This document shows positions 1 to 13,246 of a stretch of DNA of 64,000 nt, piece by piece. This stretch comes from Bispira polyomma. Lineage: Eukaryota. The DNA lies in the NCBI GenBank assembly GCA_965649765.1, contig OZ287752.1:18972001-19036000 (forward strand), written 5' to 3'. A program made the position numbers and the translations under genes. How positions within the stretch are numbered: position 1 is the stretch's first letter; every line of letters begins with the position of its first letter. The notes beneath the pieces are model-generated. The model searched no databases and was not told where the DNA came from. It was given only the letters and a program-made list of their open reading frames with translations.

Positions 1-129
1 TTTAGAAGATGCCTAGCATCAATAAAGCACGTTAAAAATCTATAATAATAATAATAACCTAAGATTTGTCGGAAAACAGATCTGTCTGTGACCACCGTGA
101 CAAACAAAAAGTTGCTAGCTCCCGAAAGT

Positions 130-890
130 CTGCTTAGAGAAAATTTCACTCCACAGAAAGTGCCCACCTCTCCATCAGTTATGACATTAACCTTGCCTTG
201 GATCGCAATGAAACAACCTTCTAGATCTCTCAACAGCTTTTGATGCCATCGACATAAATCTACTTTTTGACAGCCTGAAACAGAGCTTTGAATCAAATGT
301 GTTAGTCCTAGATTTTATTAGATAGTATCTGACTTCTAGAACCCAGAAAATCAAACTGGATAGGGTTTTTTTCATCCTCATTGGCCTCCCTTTTGAAGTG
401 CCTCAAGGGGTCGGTCCTCAGGCCTCTACTTTTTACACTCTATACTGATGCCAACAGTACAGTTATCAATAATCATTTTAAACATCACTTACATACTGAT
501 GACACTCAAATATATCTTGTCATCGTTGACTGCTTTCTCATTTAATACACACATCAATAACATTTGTCGCTCTTGTTACTATCACATATGTTTTATCAAA
601 AGAATTAAAAATTCACTTGTCTTTATATACTGCCATCACTGTGGCTAACTCTTTTGTTAGCAGCCCTCCTACCTTGCTGCACGCCTTTCCTCTAGTAACT
701 TTAAAAAGGAAATAGACTTTCTGTTACCGTGGTAAAACCTTCCAAGAGGGATTGACCTCGAGATTTCTATATTGCTGCACCTATGTTATGGAACAGTCTC
801 CCTATTGAGTTAAGATCACTTGAAACACTTCCTGGTTTTAGAAAAAAGGCTTAAAACCCACATTTTCAAACTTGTCTACCCCTTAGTTCT
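130..890 (+). mobile_element. Degenerate L2/CR1-group LINE reverse-transcriptase fragment
   Basis: Broken frames give DLSTAFDAID, (G)VPQG-SVL-PLLFTLYT, HTDDTQIY and an LKT(H)-FKL-YP-type C-terminus; similar to the better-preserved copy at 24336. Confidence 0.8.
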
Positions 891-2574
891 CTCCTTGTAC
901 ACGCCCACATCCTTCTGTGTCATGTTTGTTTAGTTCTTTATTTGTTAACTGATTCTGTTGTTGTGCATTGGAAGATACAATACAATGCTGTACAATTAGA
1001 TTGACGAGAGTGCATCACTTTAGTCTGTTTTCTGGTATTATCACTAGTGTGATGCAATCTAAAGTTAAAAAAAAGATGGGTACATTGAAATATATTTGTC
1101 TATGTCTGAAAGTCAGAAAAGATAAAAAAAATTGATAAACTTTGTACCCTGCTATGCAAGTTAGACCATGATCAACTCACCCTGCATGATGTATGCTTGC
1201 AGAAAGATTGATTGGAATGTTATTGAAACTTTTCACAGTAGAACTGTTACACTAACTGACAAAGTCAACCAATGTATTGAATAGTTTTATATTTTCTCGA
1301 GTATCTATTAATAAAACTGCATAATTTGACCCACCCTCACTCCTACTTATTAACATTTTTATATTGGTGCTTGGTTGCCTTTCATGGACTTGTTATTGAA
1401 TATGTATCAACTAAAGACACACTTTAGTATTTCTTCCAGTTCAAATGACACTAATAAAAAAAGAAATCACATATTGTGAATAGCAATTTTTATAAAAGGT
1501 ATATTTTGTTCAACCAACATCTTTCTGTGTTTCATTTTTACTAGTATATTATTATTCTAATGTCAAATTGAAAACCATTATATACAGGATCCTTACAAGA
1601 AGGAATAAAATCTGTATTGTTACAGTTGATTATCAGTTGGTTATTTCATTGTTACATAGCATAAGTTTATGGTGATGCAAAAATCTATTTGATTGGCATA
1701 CTATCCATATAATATTTATGCAGCCTCTGTCTATGGTATGTGACTTATTAATCTGGCAATATTGCCTAGTAGGCAACATACTCGCTTAGGACTACAGAAG
1801 ATCTGGATTTCATCCAGGCCTGGGGCAACTAGGTACAGACAGGTGCATAGTGACAAACATGACCACCATGAATAAGTATATTTTTATCACAGAAACTACA
1901 ATGTCTATAGTTTGTGAATTGTCATTGTGTCCTCTCCAAAAATAGAAGTCTAAAGAACCTTGTTGCTGTTGATTGTAATCCTCAATCCCATCTTTTCAGT
2001 TAGGAGAATAACTGCGGCTGACAATTAACTGCACTTTGAAAGACAATAAAAGGTTAATTACCGCTTTAAAATAGTAGTACACCTGTGCTGCTAGCTTTGT
2101 GCTTAACTGATGCCTATTTTACATTTGTTTTCTACTAGGTTTAGTGAGTGACCCATGACAAGAGTAGGCTGAAACCAGCACCACCGACACATTGCCTTAA
2201 TTTGTGTTGTTACAGTGGATCTGTTGGTTAGATATATCATTTTTACAAGTAAAGGTTATAAGAAATAAAAACTAATTTAGAGATAATATGTTTGTGCAAT
2301 TATAAAGCAAACTATATATATGGTCTTAGATATGTATCTTATGTTTTCTAGACAATACGAACATTGCACGAAAAATACATATATAATCCAGTTATAGTAT
2401 AAGTGACATCAGAACTAGGAAATACAGAAATTCTATCTCCCAAATAATTTGCTAGTGCCTTTAAATCTATGGCTTGTTATTCCATTTTTGTTAACTAGAG
2501 GTGGTTAGTTTGAAGTTTATGTTATTCTACCAAATGAACAGTCACACATAGTTACGTCAATCTTGCTTTGATGG

Positions 2575-5500
2575 CTAGCCAATGACTTATATGTTACATG
2601 CTAAAATAAAAAGCATTATTGCGCCCATAATAACAAAAAGTAAACTATAAAATATTTATATTAAACAATAAAATCTAATTTTAATATCAAGAGCTTAATA
2701 CTATTCTGTAAAACCATTTATTAGGAAAGGAGAAAAACAAATTATAACACTGGAAAAATAGTAAACCTGCATCAGGGTATCTTGATAAAATATAATAAAT
2801 GCTTATATGCAGTAAAGTCATTTACATAATATAGAAAAATAGTATGTGTTTTTATAAGATACCTTGTTGTTATAATTTGAATTAAACCTAAATTTAGTTG
2901 GGATTTGCGTTGCTTTCAACAGTTAAGGTCATACCACAATGCCCAGATTCGATGGTGAAAAAATCCAGTGCTGAATTATTGGAAATCACCCTCCTATAAC
3001 AACTACCTGATAAACTTTCCCACATGAATGAACAAACAGGACTCAAACCCACACAGATACTAGATACTAGCTGATATACCAATGATTGGTAAGCAGACAC
3101 TTCTAAACACCAGACATGTTGATATAATACAATGTTTTTAAGTACTACATAATAATATTTGTACATGTAAGTCAGAGTCATAGTACTACATAGTTATTTT
3201 AGGCGGAGGTATTCTAATGCATCAGAAAACAGTAGACCCTCAGGTAAATGGATGCATGATAAAGACACATGTCCATATATCCAATTTATAAAAAGCAAAC
3301 TATGTATTTTTAAAACAATGTGTGTATTCATCAGACGGTGTTGATTCCTCTGCTTGTGTCATTTCATATGGAACATTTTCTTGCTTAGATACCACATTTT
3401 CATATGAGGCTGCCTGAATGTATAAAACAATATTCTGATATAAAATTATTATGGAAAACTTTTAACAAAATGCATCACTTGTGTAAACTGACTTGATAAA
3501 ATCAAAAACAGTACTTTATGGATAAATAGAAATGAATATACCAAAACGATTGACCTGTAACATTTGATGAAATGCATACCATTTTAGATGTGTTTTCTGA
3601 ACATACTTACTTAATACTTACTACTTACATCCCTTACTTGTAAAGTCTCAAGAAGTTGATAATTATAACAATAAGAAGTAAACCTGCTAAAACTGAAGTA
3701 ACAGCCAGACCAGCAACAAACACTCCCTGACTACTTCCAGTGTCTATGTCTCTACTTCCAGTGTCTGTGTTATGTGTAAATAAAAATGATATCCACATAT
3801 TACAGTATCAATATATCACATTACCATATAATTGTTATGTTTATATCTACCCCCTAAATATAATAAAGTAGTGGAATAATATAAACATTGTAAGAATTAA
3901 AATAAATGATGAACAGATACACAAAGGAGAAAGGCAAAATCATCGCGAAATTGATATGGTATTATTTTGCTTGAATAATATTTACCTGAAACTGTGCTTC
4001 GGAATACAAATCTCAACTATAACTATATAACTGAATGTAAGCATAAAAATACACGGGACATAAATTGTTCAATTTATTACCTCTTTTATCTCTAACTAGA
4101 AACTGCTGCCTCAGAATTTCATCATTGTCCTGGTATATCACAAGATAATAGTGATATCCAATATAGTCACTTGTCATAACCAAAGATCCGTGACTATCTG
4201 CTGTGATATTAAGAAGAGTGAAGCACATTTGCCTTTGTGTTTGGCACTTTTCAATCACTAAATGATTATAAACTCCATCTACAATTTCCATTGCAAAAGA
4301 CCAATGTCACTGTCAATTCTGAAAGTTGGTGTTTCTTTAGGCCTTGGCCTTTGTACAAGTAGATAATATTAACACATGTATAGTGTAATGTATATTAGCA
4401 AATAGTGTAAATGATTTATCAGAACAGATATGTAAATATATATGTCTAAAGCTTGTCAAATATATTAATTAAAATAGCTTTTTTAAATGGAGCTTCAGAA
4501 ACTTGTCACAAACACAACATTGTATATATCACTCAGTCAATTCTATCTGCACCTCTATAAAACAAATATGGTTGTAGTACTCACACTAGCACGTATACAC
4601 TTAAGTGACTTATACAGCTTGACAATTATTGATGTAAGTGATTACCCAGTGTGCAGATAGCAATTTCACTTTGAGAAGCATTTATGCCAATTCAATTTTT
4701 TGACTGGACTTGGAAGACATATCTTGTTTCTGGGTTTAACCCATGTACTTTAAATGTAATTCTTTCACTAATCCCTTTGTCGTTAAGTCCCTCCACAGAC
4801 AACGCAAGTTTTCTCCATTTTTTCTGTAATACACTGTAAATGTCTGCATACTCCCTCCATTTCGACCGGAAATCCATGACAAAGTAATGGATACAGCTGT
4901 CACTGTCTCAAACTTGATTGTGTAGAGAAACATCTTTAGTATTAATGGCTAAACCCTTATATTCCACAGCCACATCCCTACTTGCTATAGCAAGGTATGA
5001 TTTAATGGTACAGTTCAACAATGCAGGTTTATTTAGACTGACATAAGTGTTCTTTTGCATAGCTGAACTGAAATCCTTTGGAGCAACGGAAATAAAATGA
5101 TATTCACATCAAAAAGACAGAGTGTATAATTATAAGAGTAAATTTTACTTGTACCAGTATAACTTGGATTTGCGGACATACAAGCTTTACATTAGAATCA
5201 AAGTCAGACTTGAGGCTTGTGATACAGGTTTAACATAATTTGTAGTCAGTTCAACATCAGGTGAAACTAAAACATAGGGAGTACTTAAATTATAAATAAC
5301 AAAGCTGTCAAATATATACCAGATAAAAATAAACGCACCATAATACTATTTGGCAAATTTAACTTATGTATCACGCCCAGTGTAAATTTTCTTTCCAGAC
5401 TGGTATCTTTCTCCATACAACTATATTCCGTTTCGTTTATTGTACGGTCAGTCTCTATCTTCAGAGTACTCTTCACATATTTAGCACTGTACCGACCATC

Positions 5501-6487
5501 AATTGCCTCATCAGTCACAGTCTCCAGGTCTCCAGTCTTTACAGATACAGTCTGATCATCTCTGTACCACCTTACTGTAGGTGTAGGATTACCTACATTT
5601 TTTCTACACGTCACTGTTATATCTGTGTCCTCTTCTACCAACTGTGTTGGAGCACGGGTTATTGTTAGTTTGGTGGATTTAGCTAAAATTCATATTATGT
5701 ACAAAATTAAGAAGTATTTTTGTGTAACCTTTATTTTCTAAACAAGCCTTCACTTTTTCACAGTTATTTAAAAGCAAATGTAGTCCACTAATATTAAAAT
5801 ATCTTATGATGAATTTCAACAGTGTGTAGCATCAGTATAAAATTAACATTTTTGTTCTTTATATTACTTTTTTGTTTGTAGGTTCTTCATGTTGCAAACT
5901 TTAAAATTAAGTAATTACTCGCACATGTACACTGACCTTCATCAAGACACACAATATATGCTCACTAAAAGTAAATATTTCATATCATAAAGATAAATTT
6001 TGTGAATATTTTTTCTTACGTTAAATTGGTGAATATTAAGTATAGTTCAAGTATATTTGTTTTGTGACAAATATACAATTTGCAGAGACACTGCTTGCAA
6101 ATTTTATTTTGATATTCTACTTATGGGCCACACCAGCAGATCACAAAACATCACTATATCAGTACTATATAGTTAATATGGATGTATACATGACCAGAAA
6201 AGTGGCTATAACTTCCATATAATAAGGTAATATTTGCCACCAGACAACACCTCATAGTGATAACTCCCTGGATCAGATTATGTAGCTGTACACTTATTGA
6301 TCTCTCCGGTTATATCCACTTTATAACTGAGTTTTTTCCCTGTCACTGACTTCATCTTAACATCTCCTCTGGACAGAGTCAGTATAGGTTCTGGGTTTGC
6401 AGATGTAGAGATACACTCAATCCGTCTGGTATCTCCTAATGTGAGATTGGGGCTGGTGTTGGCATTAAATGTTAAAGAGGGCTTAAC
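2575..6487 (-). pseudogene. Paralog 1 of the nephrin/sidestep-like Ig-FN3-TM receptor (3' part), pseudogene
   Basis: Exon remnants homologous to the intact paralog: Ig ~6230-6487 (ECISTSANPEP), Ig ~5310-5682, Ig ~4930-5268, FN3 ~4648-4925 (frameshift plus stop), juxtamembrane domain ~4081-4345, TM 3638-3764 (GVFVAGLAVTSVLAGLLLIVIII), tail 3300-3413 (AASYENVV..PYEMT..DEYT), last exon starting 2600 (HVTY, 1-bp deletion). Confidence 0.85.
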
Positions 6488-7304
6488 TAAATGAAAATAA
6501 AAACAAAACAACTCAGTTGCACATGATTGCTAACTGTATCAAATATATTTTTTCATCATACAATCAATATATATTCAAAATTTTACTGTAAACATTATCC
6601 TGTCTTGGTGATAATTAAGGGTGAAACTGACATTAAATCATTAACTTGTGCCTTGTTATTTGTTTAAGGTATCACTGTTTCACTGTAACTACCTGATATA
6701 ATTCAAGCTATCTTTTTTGGTTATCACTATTAGAATTAATCTGTACATCCTGAATATACATGTTTGAATTTGAATTAATAATTTATTAAATATAATACCC
6801 CAGCGTAAGGATTGCCTTAAAGTGTAGATAATATAATAATTTACATTCCCACTTGTTTCAAAATCCCTTAGTTGAAGCCACCTTCAGGTAATGCCATAGT
6901 TATGTGCATAAAGTGAATCAACAACAAAATCTACAGTGCGTTGTGCTTTGTCATTTAATTTAATTACACTTAATAAAAAGTCATCAAAAGTCAAACCTTT
7001 AGATCAGGTGTCAGTCTAGCTACCTGCCAAGTTCCAATTTGTTAAAGTAATTAGTTGTAGCTTATCCTCTTTTCAATTCATATTCCTTTGTCCAACTTCT
7101 AGCAAAAGCAATTATTGAATTAAAAAAGGATAAGTTATATTTCAGCAAATCACTCGGTGTATACAAAACTTTTCATATCCCTCCTGTCCCTGTTTAATGT
7201 GGACACGATAAGAACAACTTATTACACAATGTTGTACACTATGGTCATACATATATATAGGTATACATATATATATTATAACTAATAACATTTCTGGTCC
7301 TGTT

Positions 7305-7522
7305 GATGAATATAAACTTTTGTAGTTAAAGAAAAACTGTAAAAACAAGTAATATGATACATAATGGCTATTCCTAGGACATTGACAAATGACAGATAAT
7401 GAATTTCTGTTGGTGAATATAAACTTTTGAGCTACTGTAATATGATACATAATGGCTATTCCTAGGACATTGACAAATGACAGATAATGAATTTCTGTTG
7501 ACGAATACTTTTGAGCTACTGT
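7305..7522 (+). repeat. ~88-bp tandem repeat (about 2.5 units) in the L1 5' UTR
   Basis: gtaatatgatacataatggctattcctaggacattgacaaatgacagataatgaatttctgttg at 7349 and 7437. Confidence 0.9.
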
Positions 7523-7679
7523 GTAGCAGAGTCAGTCCAGTAAAACTTCTCCAGGACTCAATTATGTCAGACAACAAGCAGAATAAAAAGAAAAATAAGA
7601 AACAAAATGCAAGTAATAATGAACAGTGTGTAAGCCCGTTGGTTTTAAGGAAAATTGAGACGGGAAAATAGATAATTTT

Positions 7680-8372
7680 TTGATGAAAAAAGTTAACGGT
7701 GACCAAGAAGAAACTATGGCGGAAGGCATTGATTCAGAGAATTTGCATAAAAAAAGTAGTCCAAGCCCGAGTTTACTGAGTGAAGAAAGTGACCTTGATA
7801 TCAAAACAGTGCTAAAAACAATTATGACAAAGCTCGAAACTGTAGATCAGATAAATACTAAAATAGACAAATTAATGACATATATGACTCACCTCAAGTC
7901 TGAAGTAAACGAGAATAAAGCTGACATAAAAGCTTTAAACGAATCGGTCCAGTTTTCTTGGATGAAAACCAAAAAGCTACAGGATGAAGTAAACTCAGTT
8001 TCTACCTTTCAACAATCAAGGGCAACTGATACAGTGGACCAGAATCAAATTAAAAGACTAGGGAGCCAAATGGAGGACATGGAGGCTTATTCTAGGAAAG
8101 ACAATTTTATTTTTTATGGAGTACCAGAAAGTGCAAATGAAACTTTGTATGATATTGTGATGACAATTTTGGTAAATAGATTAAGCATCTCAGACGCGAA
8201 ACAACCTAGTGCAAGGAGCACCAACAGTAGACCAATCTTTGCCCATTTACATTACTTCCTGCATGCCATGGAAGTGTTCAAGAAAAGATCGCTATTGAAA
8301 AAGCAGCCAAACCAAGATGGAGCTACCATAGCACAAGAGGCTACTGGAACATGTACTACAATGACATTATGA
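7680..8372 (+). CDS. L1-type ORF1p (coiled coil + RRM), decayed
   Basis: ORF track translation; SRKDN/YGVPE motif. Confidence 0.75.
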   Translation: MMKKVNGDQEETMAEGIDSENLHKKSSPSPSLLSEESDLDIKTVLKTIMTKLETVDQINTKIDKLMTYMTHLKSEVNENKADIKALNESVQFSWMKTKKLQDEVNSVSTFQQSRATDTVDQNQIKRLGSQMEDMEAYSRKDNFIFYGVPESANETLYDIVMTILVNRLSISDAKQPSARSTNSRPIFAHLHYFLHAMEVFKKRSLLKKQPNQDGATIAQEATGTCTTMTL

Positions 8373-8409
8373 TATCCAACAAGAAGTGTATACCAATATC
8401 ACAAGTATA

Positions 8410-8960
8410 TATTGAGTAGAATCTGGTGATATCTGTATTAAAATAATGTATGTTAACATAATTTGTTATAACATTCTATCAATATTTGGACAAACCAGTT
8501 TAAAACACAATGCATGTTAGAATAACTATGGATATCTGTATTATAACTTTGTAGGTTAATACAATTTGTAATAACATTCTTCCAAATCTTGACAAGCTTG
8601 TTAAATCACAATAACATTATTCTATCTAGTTTAAAACACAACACATGTTAGAAAAACTGGAGATATCTGTATTATAACTATGTAGGTTAATACAATTTGT
8701 AATAACATTCTTCTAAATCTTGACAAGCTTGTTAAATCACAATGACATGATTCTATTTAACTAGAAGTGTATGTTAGAAAATTTGGTGATATATGTTTTA
8801 AAATTATGTAGACATTTATCGTATATCATTTGTAATAACATTCTTCCAATCTCTGGACTAGTTTGTTAAATCTGTGCATCCGTATTAAAAAAAAATCATG
8901 TTTAAACTATTTGTAAAACCTTTTTTTCAACATTTGTACAAGTTTGATAAATAGCTTCTT
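8410..8960 (+). repeat. Degenerate ~100-130 bp tandem repeat (4-5 units) between L1 ORF1 and ORF2
   Basis: Recurring gatatctgtattataac..taggttaatacaatttgtaataacattctt..aatcttgacaagcttgttaaatc. Confidence 0.85.
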
Positions 8961-11145
8961 ATGCAGTTTCAAATTATGAGGTATATTGAAAAATTACAGT
9001 AATTTATTATCTGTATGCCTAACAGGTTGAAATTTGTTCTTTTTTTTTAAATGAATAATAAACAATTTTGAATATTAAATCGAAATTCACTGGGAATTAT
9101 CTACAACTGGTTTAACCTCCTTCAGTGGAACCCAGTTTGTGGAAGTTTTGCTCAAGTAGAAATTAGCTATTCACATGATCCTCTTTGGGCATTTGTGACA
9201 TAGAAACAAGTACCAGGTGAAACTTCATTCTCAAGCAAATCTACTTTTTTAATTCCATTTGAAGTTTAACTTAACATGGTTTAACTTTAGTTTAATTTAA
9301 AAGTGGGTCAGAAACAATAAATTAGGTTTGTTAATACCAAATTGTTTTAAGTTTTTTATATACAATTTATATGAACTGTTGGCTGCTTGTGGTATGGAAT
9401 AATGTTTTTGACGGTGACGGTTCTTTTTTAAATAAGAACAACATACCACAAGGGTTAATCAGTTATTTTTGTTTTCTAGTTTATAAATACTTTTGTATTA
9501 CCAATTTGCACACTTATTTGTTTGCAAATATGTTACTTTTTCTTTTTTTTTCAATATTTGTATTGACAGAGTCAGTGGTTATAGTAATTTAATCCTACAG
9601 TTACACTATTGTAAATATGATGGAGGTTTTGTGAGTTCAAATGGTAAATGTGAAAAGTTTGATTTTATTTTTAACCATTTTCTTTTCAAAATCAGATATA
9701 ATTACTGTAGCACATCAATCAAAAACAATTTGGTTTATTTAGCACAAAAAAGAGGAAATATAACTACGATTTGGTACCTTTAAATATGTTTAGGTACCCA
9801 GGATGGTATTTAATATACTAGCTATAAAATGACTCATAACATTAAAATATGCAGCATGAATGTTAGGGGTATGGCAGAAAGGGTTAAAAGAAATGATGTA
9901 TTTAACTGGCTAAAAAAGAAAAAATTTCTCTATTTACGGTCTACAAGACGTCCATGTCCATATTAAATTTTAGAAAAGACTGGGGGTCAGAAATTATACT
10001 CTCACCATACACCACTGAGGCAAGAGGGGTTGCTGTTTTATTTGGAAGAAACATTGACTATAAAGTACTTAATATTACCAAAGATTCAATGGAATACATG
10101 TGTTTTTTCTATTTTTGCCTTTCTTCTTTCACCTTTATGTACATACAATATTATGTATAATACTAAATTAGCAATATTGTCCCATATTTGGCATAACATA
10201 AAAAATGCAAGCTGTAAATAGCTCACATTGTCACTTGGCCACAAATAGTATTATAGTTTGATCGCTGGGTTTAGCCCAATGACAGAAGGAATAATAAACA
10301 TATTAAATATTTCTATACTGACAATGGCCATAATATTTGGTGGAATCATAAATAAATGCCATACCTATTGGTTGAGCCACTAACATTTAAAAAATGTTGA
10401 AAACTGGTGAAGCTATAGAAGTTCAAAGTCCAAAATATGCCTAAATTAGGATCATCATTTGATAAACGCTTCTACTATTTAAATGTACATATAGGAGAAT
10501 ATATAAGAAGCACTTTTACAAATTGGAAAATCTCAATCTAAGGATGAATTTTAAATATGATTTATTAAATAAACAGATACAACTATCGGCTTCCGTTTTC
10601 TCAGGACTGTGTGGAGGTTTTTCATTAAAAGGCTATTTTCAGACAATTTTTGATTACTAGGGTCAAGTGGTCATTGTGGAAGGTGAATTATGTCAGAATT
10701 ACAAAAAATGTTTTAACATATTCAACAGTTCTGGTATTCCTCTCCTCTGCTCTCCTACTTGATGTCTCTTTTCACAGTCTCCTATTCGATTGCTTTATAA
10801 TACAACCGGAAAAAAAAGTTACAAGACTACGAACAAGACATATGTGCTTTAGAATCCACTATATAGAGATTAAGCAATATAAAAGTTTAATTCATTTATA
10901 AAATACAGATTTCAGCTTTGTACGGCATGTAAAATATTCATAATGTTCTCATGTATAACTTATACCCATTTAGCAGGTCGTTGCGGTTACATAAATTATT
11001 ATATAATTTTTTGGCTGTTTACAGTACTAATGAAAGTCAATATTAATTATAAATGAGTTAAGGCAAAGCTAATGTAAACTTAAACACATTAACTTACAAC
11101 AGTAAATCTAATTTTAAGTTCATTATTTTGTCTCAAAGTTGGCGA

Positions 11146-11725
11146 TGTGGTAAGCAGGACACCTTTAGGGGACTGCTACTTCAGTCCACAAACCAAAATT
11201 GTGTGCTCTACCTCAAGTTTATTTTTACTACAACATGTCTTATGCTACTCTTCTGTCTATCATGAGACGGGCCAATCGAATCACTAGAACTTTACCTTTC
11301 TTCCCGCAAAAACTTTAAGACACCATATTTAATTTGAATTTGAAGCAACAACAAGTATATTTTAAATCCCACCACCTCCCCTTTACCACAGCATAAAGTT
11401 TTAAGTTAGGGAGATTATTAAGGATATTGTCAATTGCCTCTCTATAAGTACTGGTGGTACCCATATGGTAGAGACGCGAAATACTTTCAGCACTAAACTG
11501 AACTCGGCTATTACTGTGATGTCAAATACAGGGTCAGGGTGAAGGTTCTTTGTTGGCTCTGGGTAGATGGAGCCCACACACATTGTGGAGGATCCTGTCT
11601 CCTAAAGCCCCCTGAGTTCAAGTCTAGGGGGGGCAGGGTTGAATATGAGCTCTGGGAGGCAGGACCCTCTACTAGGCGATTGAGTGCCATAGGTCCGGGG
11701 CTCCTGCCCTGGGGTTAGCAGGGGG
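11146..11725 (+). mobile_element. Non-coding remnant (A repeat + structured spacer) of a Ngaro-like YR element
   Basis: TGTGGTAAGCAGGACACCTTTAGGGGACTGCTACTTCAGT matches the A2 start of the element at 20280-24330; it also carries the same CTACTAGGCG..TGCC hairpin. Confidence 0.7.
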
Positions 11726-11734
11726 TCATTACCA

Positions 11735-11935
11735 TGACCAAGTAAGACAACAGACAGAAATGAACAATATTGAAAAGGTTAAGACCCATTTATGACCATA
11801 TTGACATGAGAGACCATGTCAATTTACGTCCCGTTTATGGTACGCGTACATGAGAAATGAATGTGACCAAGTAAGACAAGAGACAAAATGAACAGAATTA
11901 AAAGGGTTAAAACTCGTACATAAGAAATGAGAATT
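11735..11935 (+). repeat. ~130-bp direct duplication
   Basis: tgaccaagtaagacaa(c/g)agaca..aatgaaca..aa(a/g)ggttaa occurs twice. Confidence 0.75.
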
Positions 11936-12079
11936 GATTAGAGATATATTAATCGTGTCAAATATATTGTTACCATGTGGTGAATTTAATTGTTTTTGAT
12001 AGTAACTTGTATTTATGATATGTTTACTTCATGATTATTATTGATAGCTTACTTTCTGTTAGTAGCTTCATTGTGGGGC

Positions 12080-12325
12080 TCAAAATTTGACTCAGTTTAA
12101 AAATAATTTCAACTTTTTTACACTATGTTAAGGTCACTTGTAAAATATATATACTAACATGTAAGAAATACTCAAACGAAATCTTTTATTACCTTCTACA
12201 TCATAAACAATCTATCTTGACACATATAAATCACAAGTTGACTTTTGGCAGTATGACCTTCTATACCATGATTTGAATTACCTTGAGTTGGGGACTGATT
12301 GGATGTCCGACCTTGGCCAGGCCCG
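12080..12325. repeat. Dispersed repeat, copy 1 (copy 2 at ~36505-36760)
   Basis: Shared ctaacatgtaa..actcaa.cgaaatcttttattacct..ttggggactga. Confidence 0.7.
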
Positions 12326-12624
12326 TTTACGTTTTTATTACTAGCCTTTCCGTGGCTATTTTTTTAAACAACTTGTGTTTATGTTTTGTTACACAAACTG
12401 GCCCAATCAGCCCTCCAGTTATCGGTATGTACATGTTTAATGACTTTGTGACACACAGTTCTGTCTTTACAGGTGTCCTCATATTCACACAATACGTGTC
12501 TACAAATAAGTGTCTACTAACATTTTGGCACTACATTTTTGCAGTACACTATTCATTTCTGGACTCAATATGAGAGCGACTTCAGCCATGCAGGTCATAC
12601 ATAAGTGTAGATACATTTCCCCTC

Positions 12625-12792
12625 AGTAGTCAAAAATGGTTGATGATATAATTTGATTAGTGCCAGACAGAGACCTGTAAGGAGTTTGATAAGTTTGGAA
12701 ACTAGATGCTGTTTGGGATGTATTTATTTCTATCTAATGCCTCTATGTACAACTATACAATTAAAATTTTAGTTAAAATTTTAAAATGCCAA
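12625..12792 (-). repeat. YR-1 terminal repeat B2 with AATAAA
   Basis: Matches 13467-13634; tttatt on the + strand at ~12723. Confidence 0.92.
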
Positions 12793-13246
12793 TATGGCTA
12801 CATAATAAATGACAAAACAAAAGTGTGTAAATGCCAATATGGCTACATAATAAATACAAACAAGAGTATGTTATGCGAAAATGTAAAGGGACAAAAAAGG
12901 TCCCGAAAGAACAACATAAAAGTTGAACACAAGAATACCCAGGATGACTGAGAGTGTTAAAATTGTTCATAAAAGCTGAAGGAAATTGTATATGTGAGCT
13001 TGTGTGTATATGAATCTTAAGTTCCTCACTATCTCTGACCCGACTCAACCTCCAAGGCTAGAACCCCGGTCCTGCGGCACCTAATCGCCTAGCAGTGAAG
13101 GTTCCCAGCTGCAGAGCTTTAATCCCCGGTAGCCCACACCGAGGGGTAGTTGCGAGCTGAGAACCAGCACCACACGGGCCGAGGTTCGAACCCAGGTGGA
13201 GTCACGTGGGCAAGTGAGATTATAATTTTTGGGTGGAGGGTTTGGG

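Larger units (their letters stand above)
7300..10100 (+). mobile_element. Truncated L1/Tx1-group LINE (ORF1 plus start of the endonuclease)
   Basis: ORF 7680-8372 has a coiled coil followed by EAYSRKDNFIFYGVPES (L1 ORF1 RRM-type). From ~9830 it reads MTHNIKICSMNVRGM..KRNDVFNWLKKKK..ARGVAVLF (APE endonuclease). Confidence 0.85.

Noticed and set aside
13175-13200. ggttcgaacc as a tRNA gene or B box
   Set aside because: No A box or cloverleaf; it is part of the spacer fold
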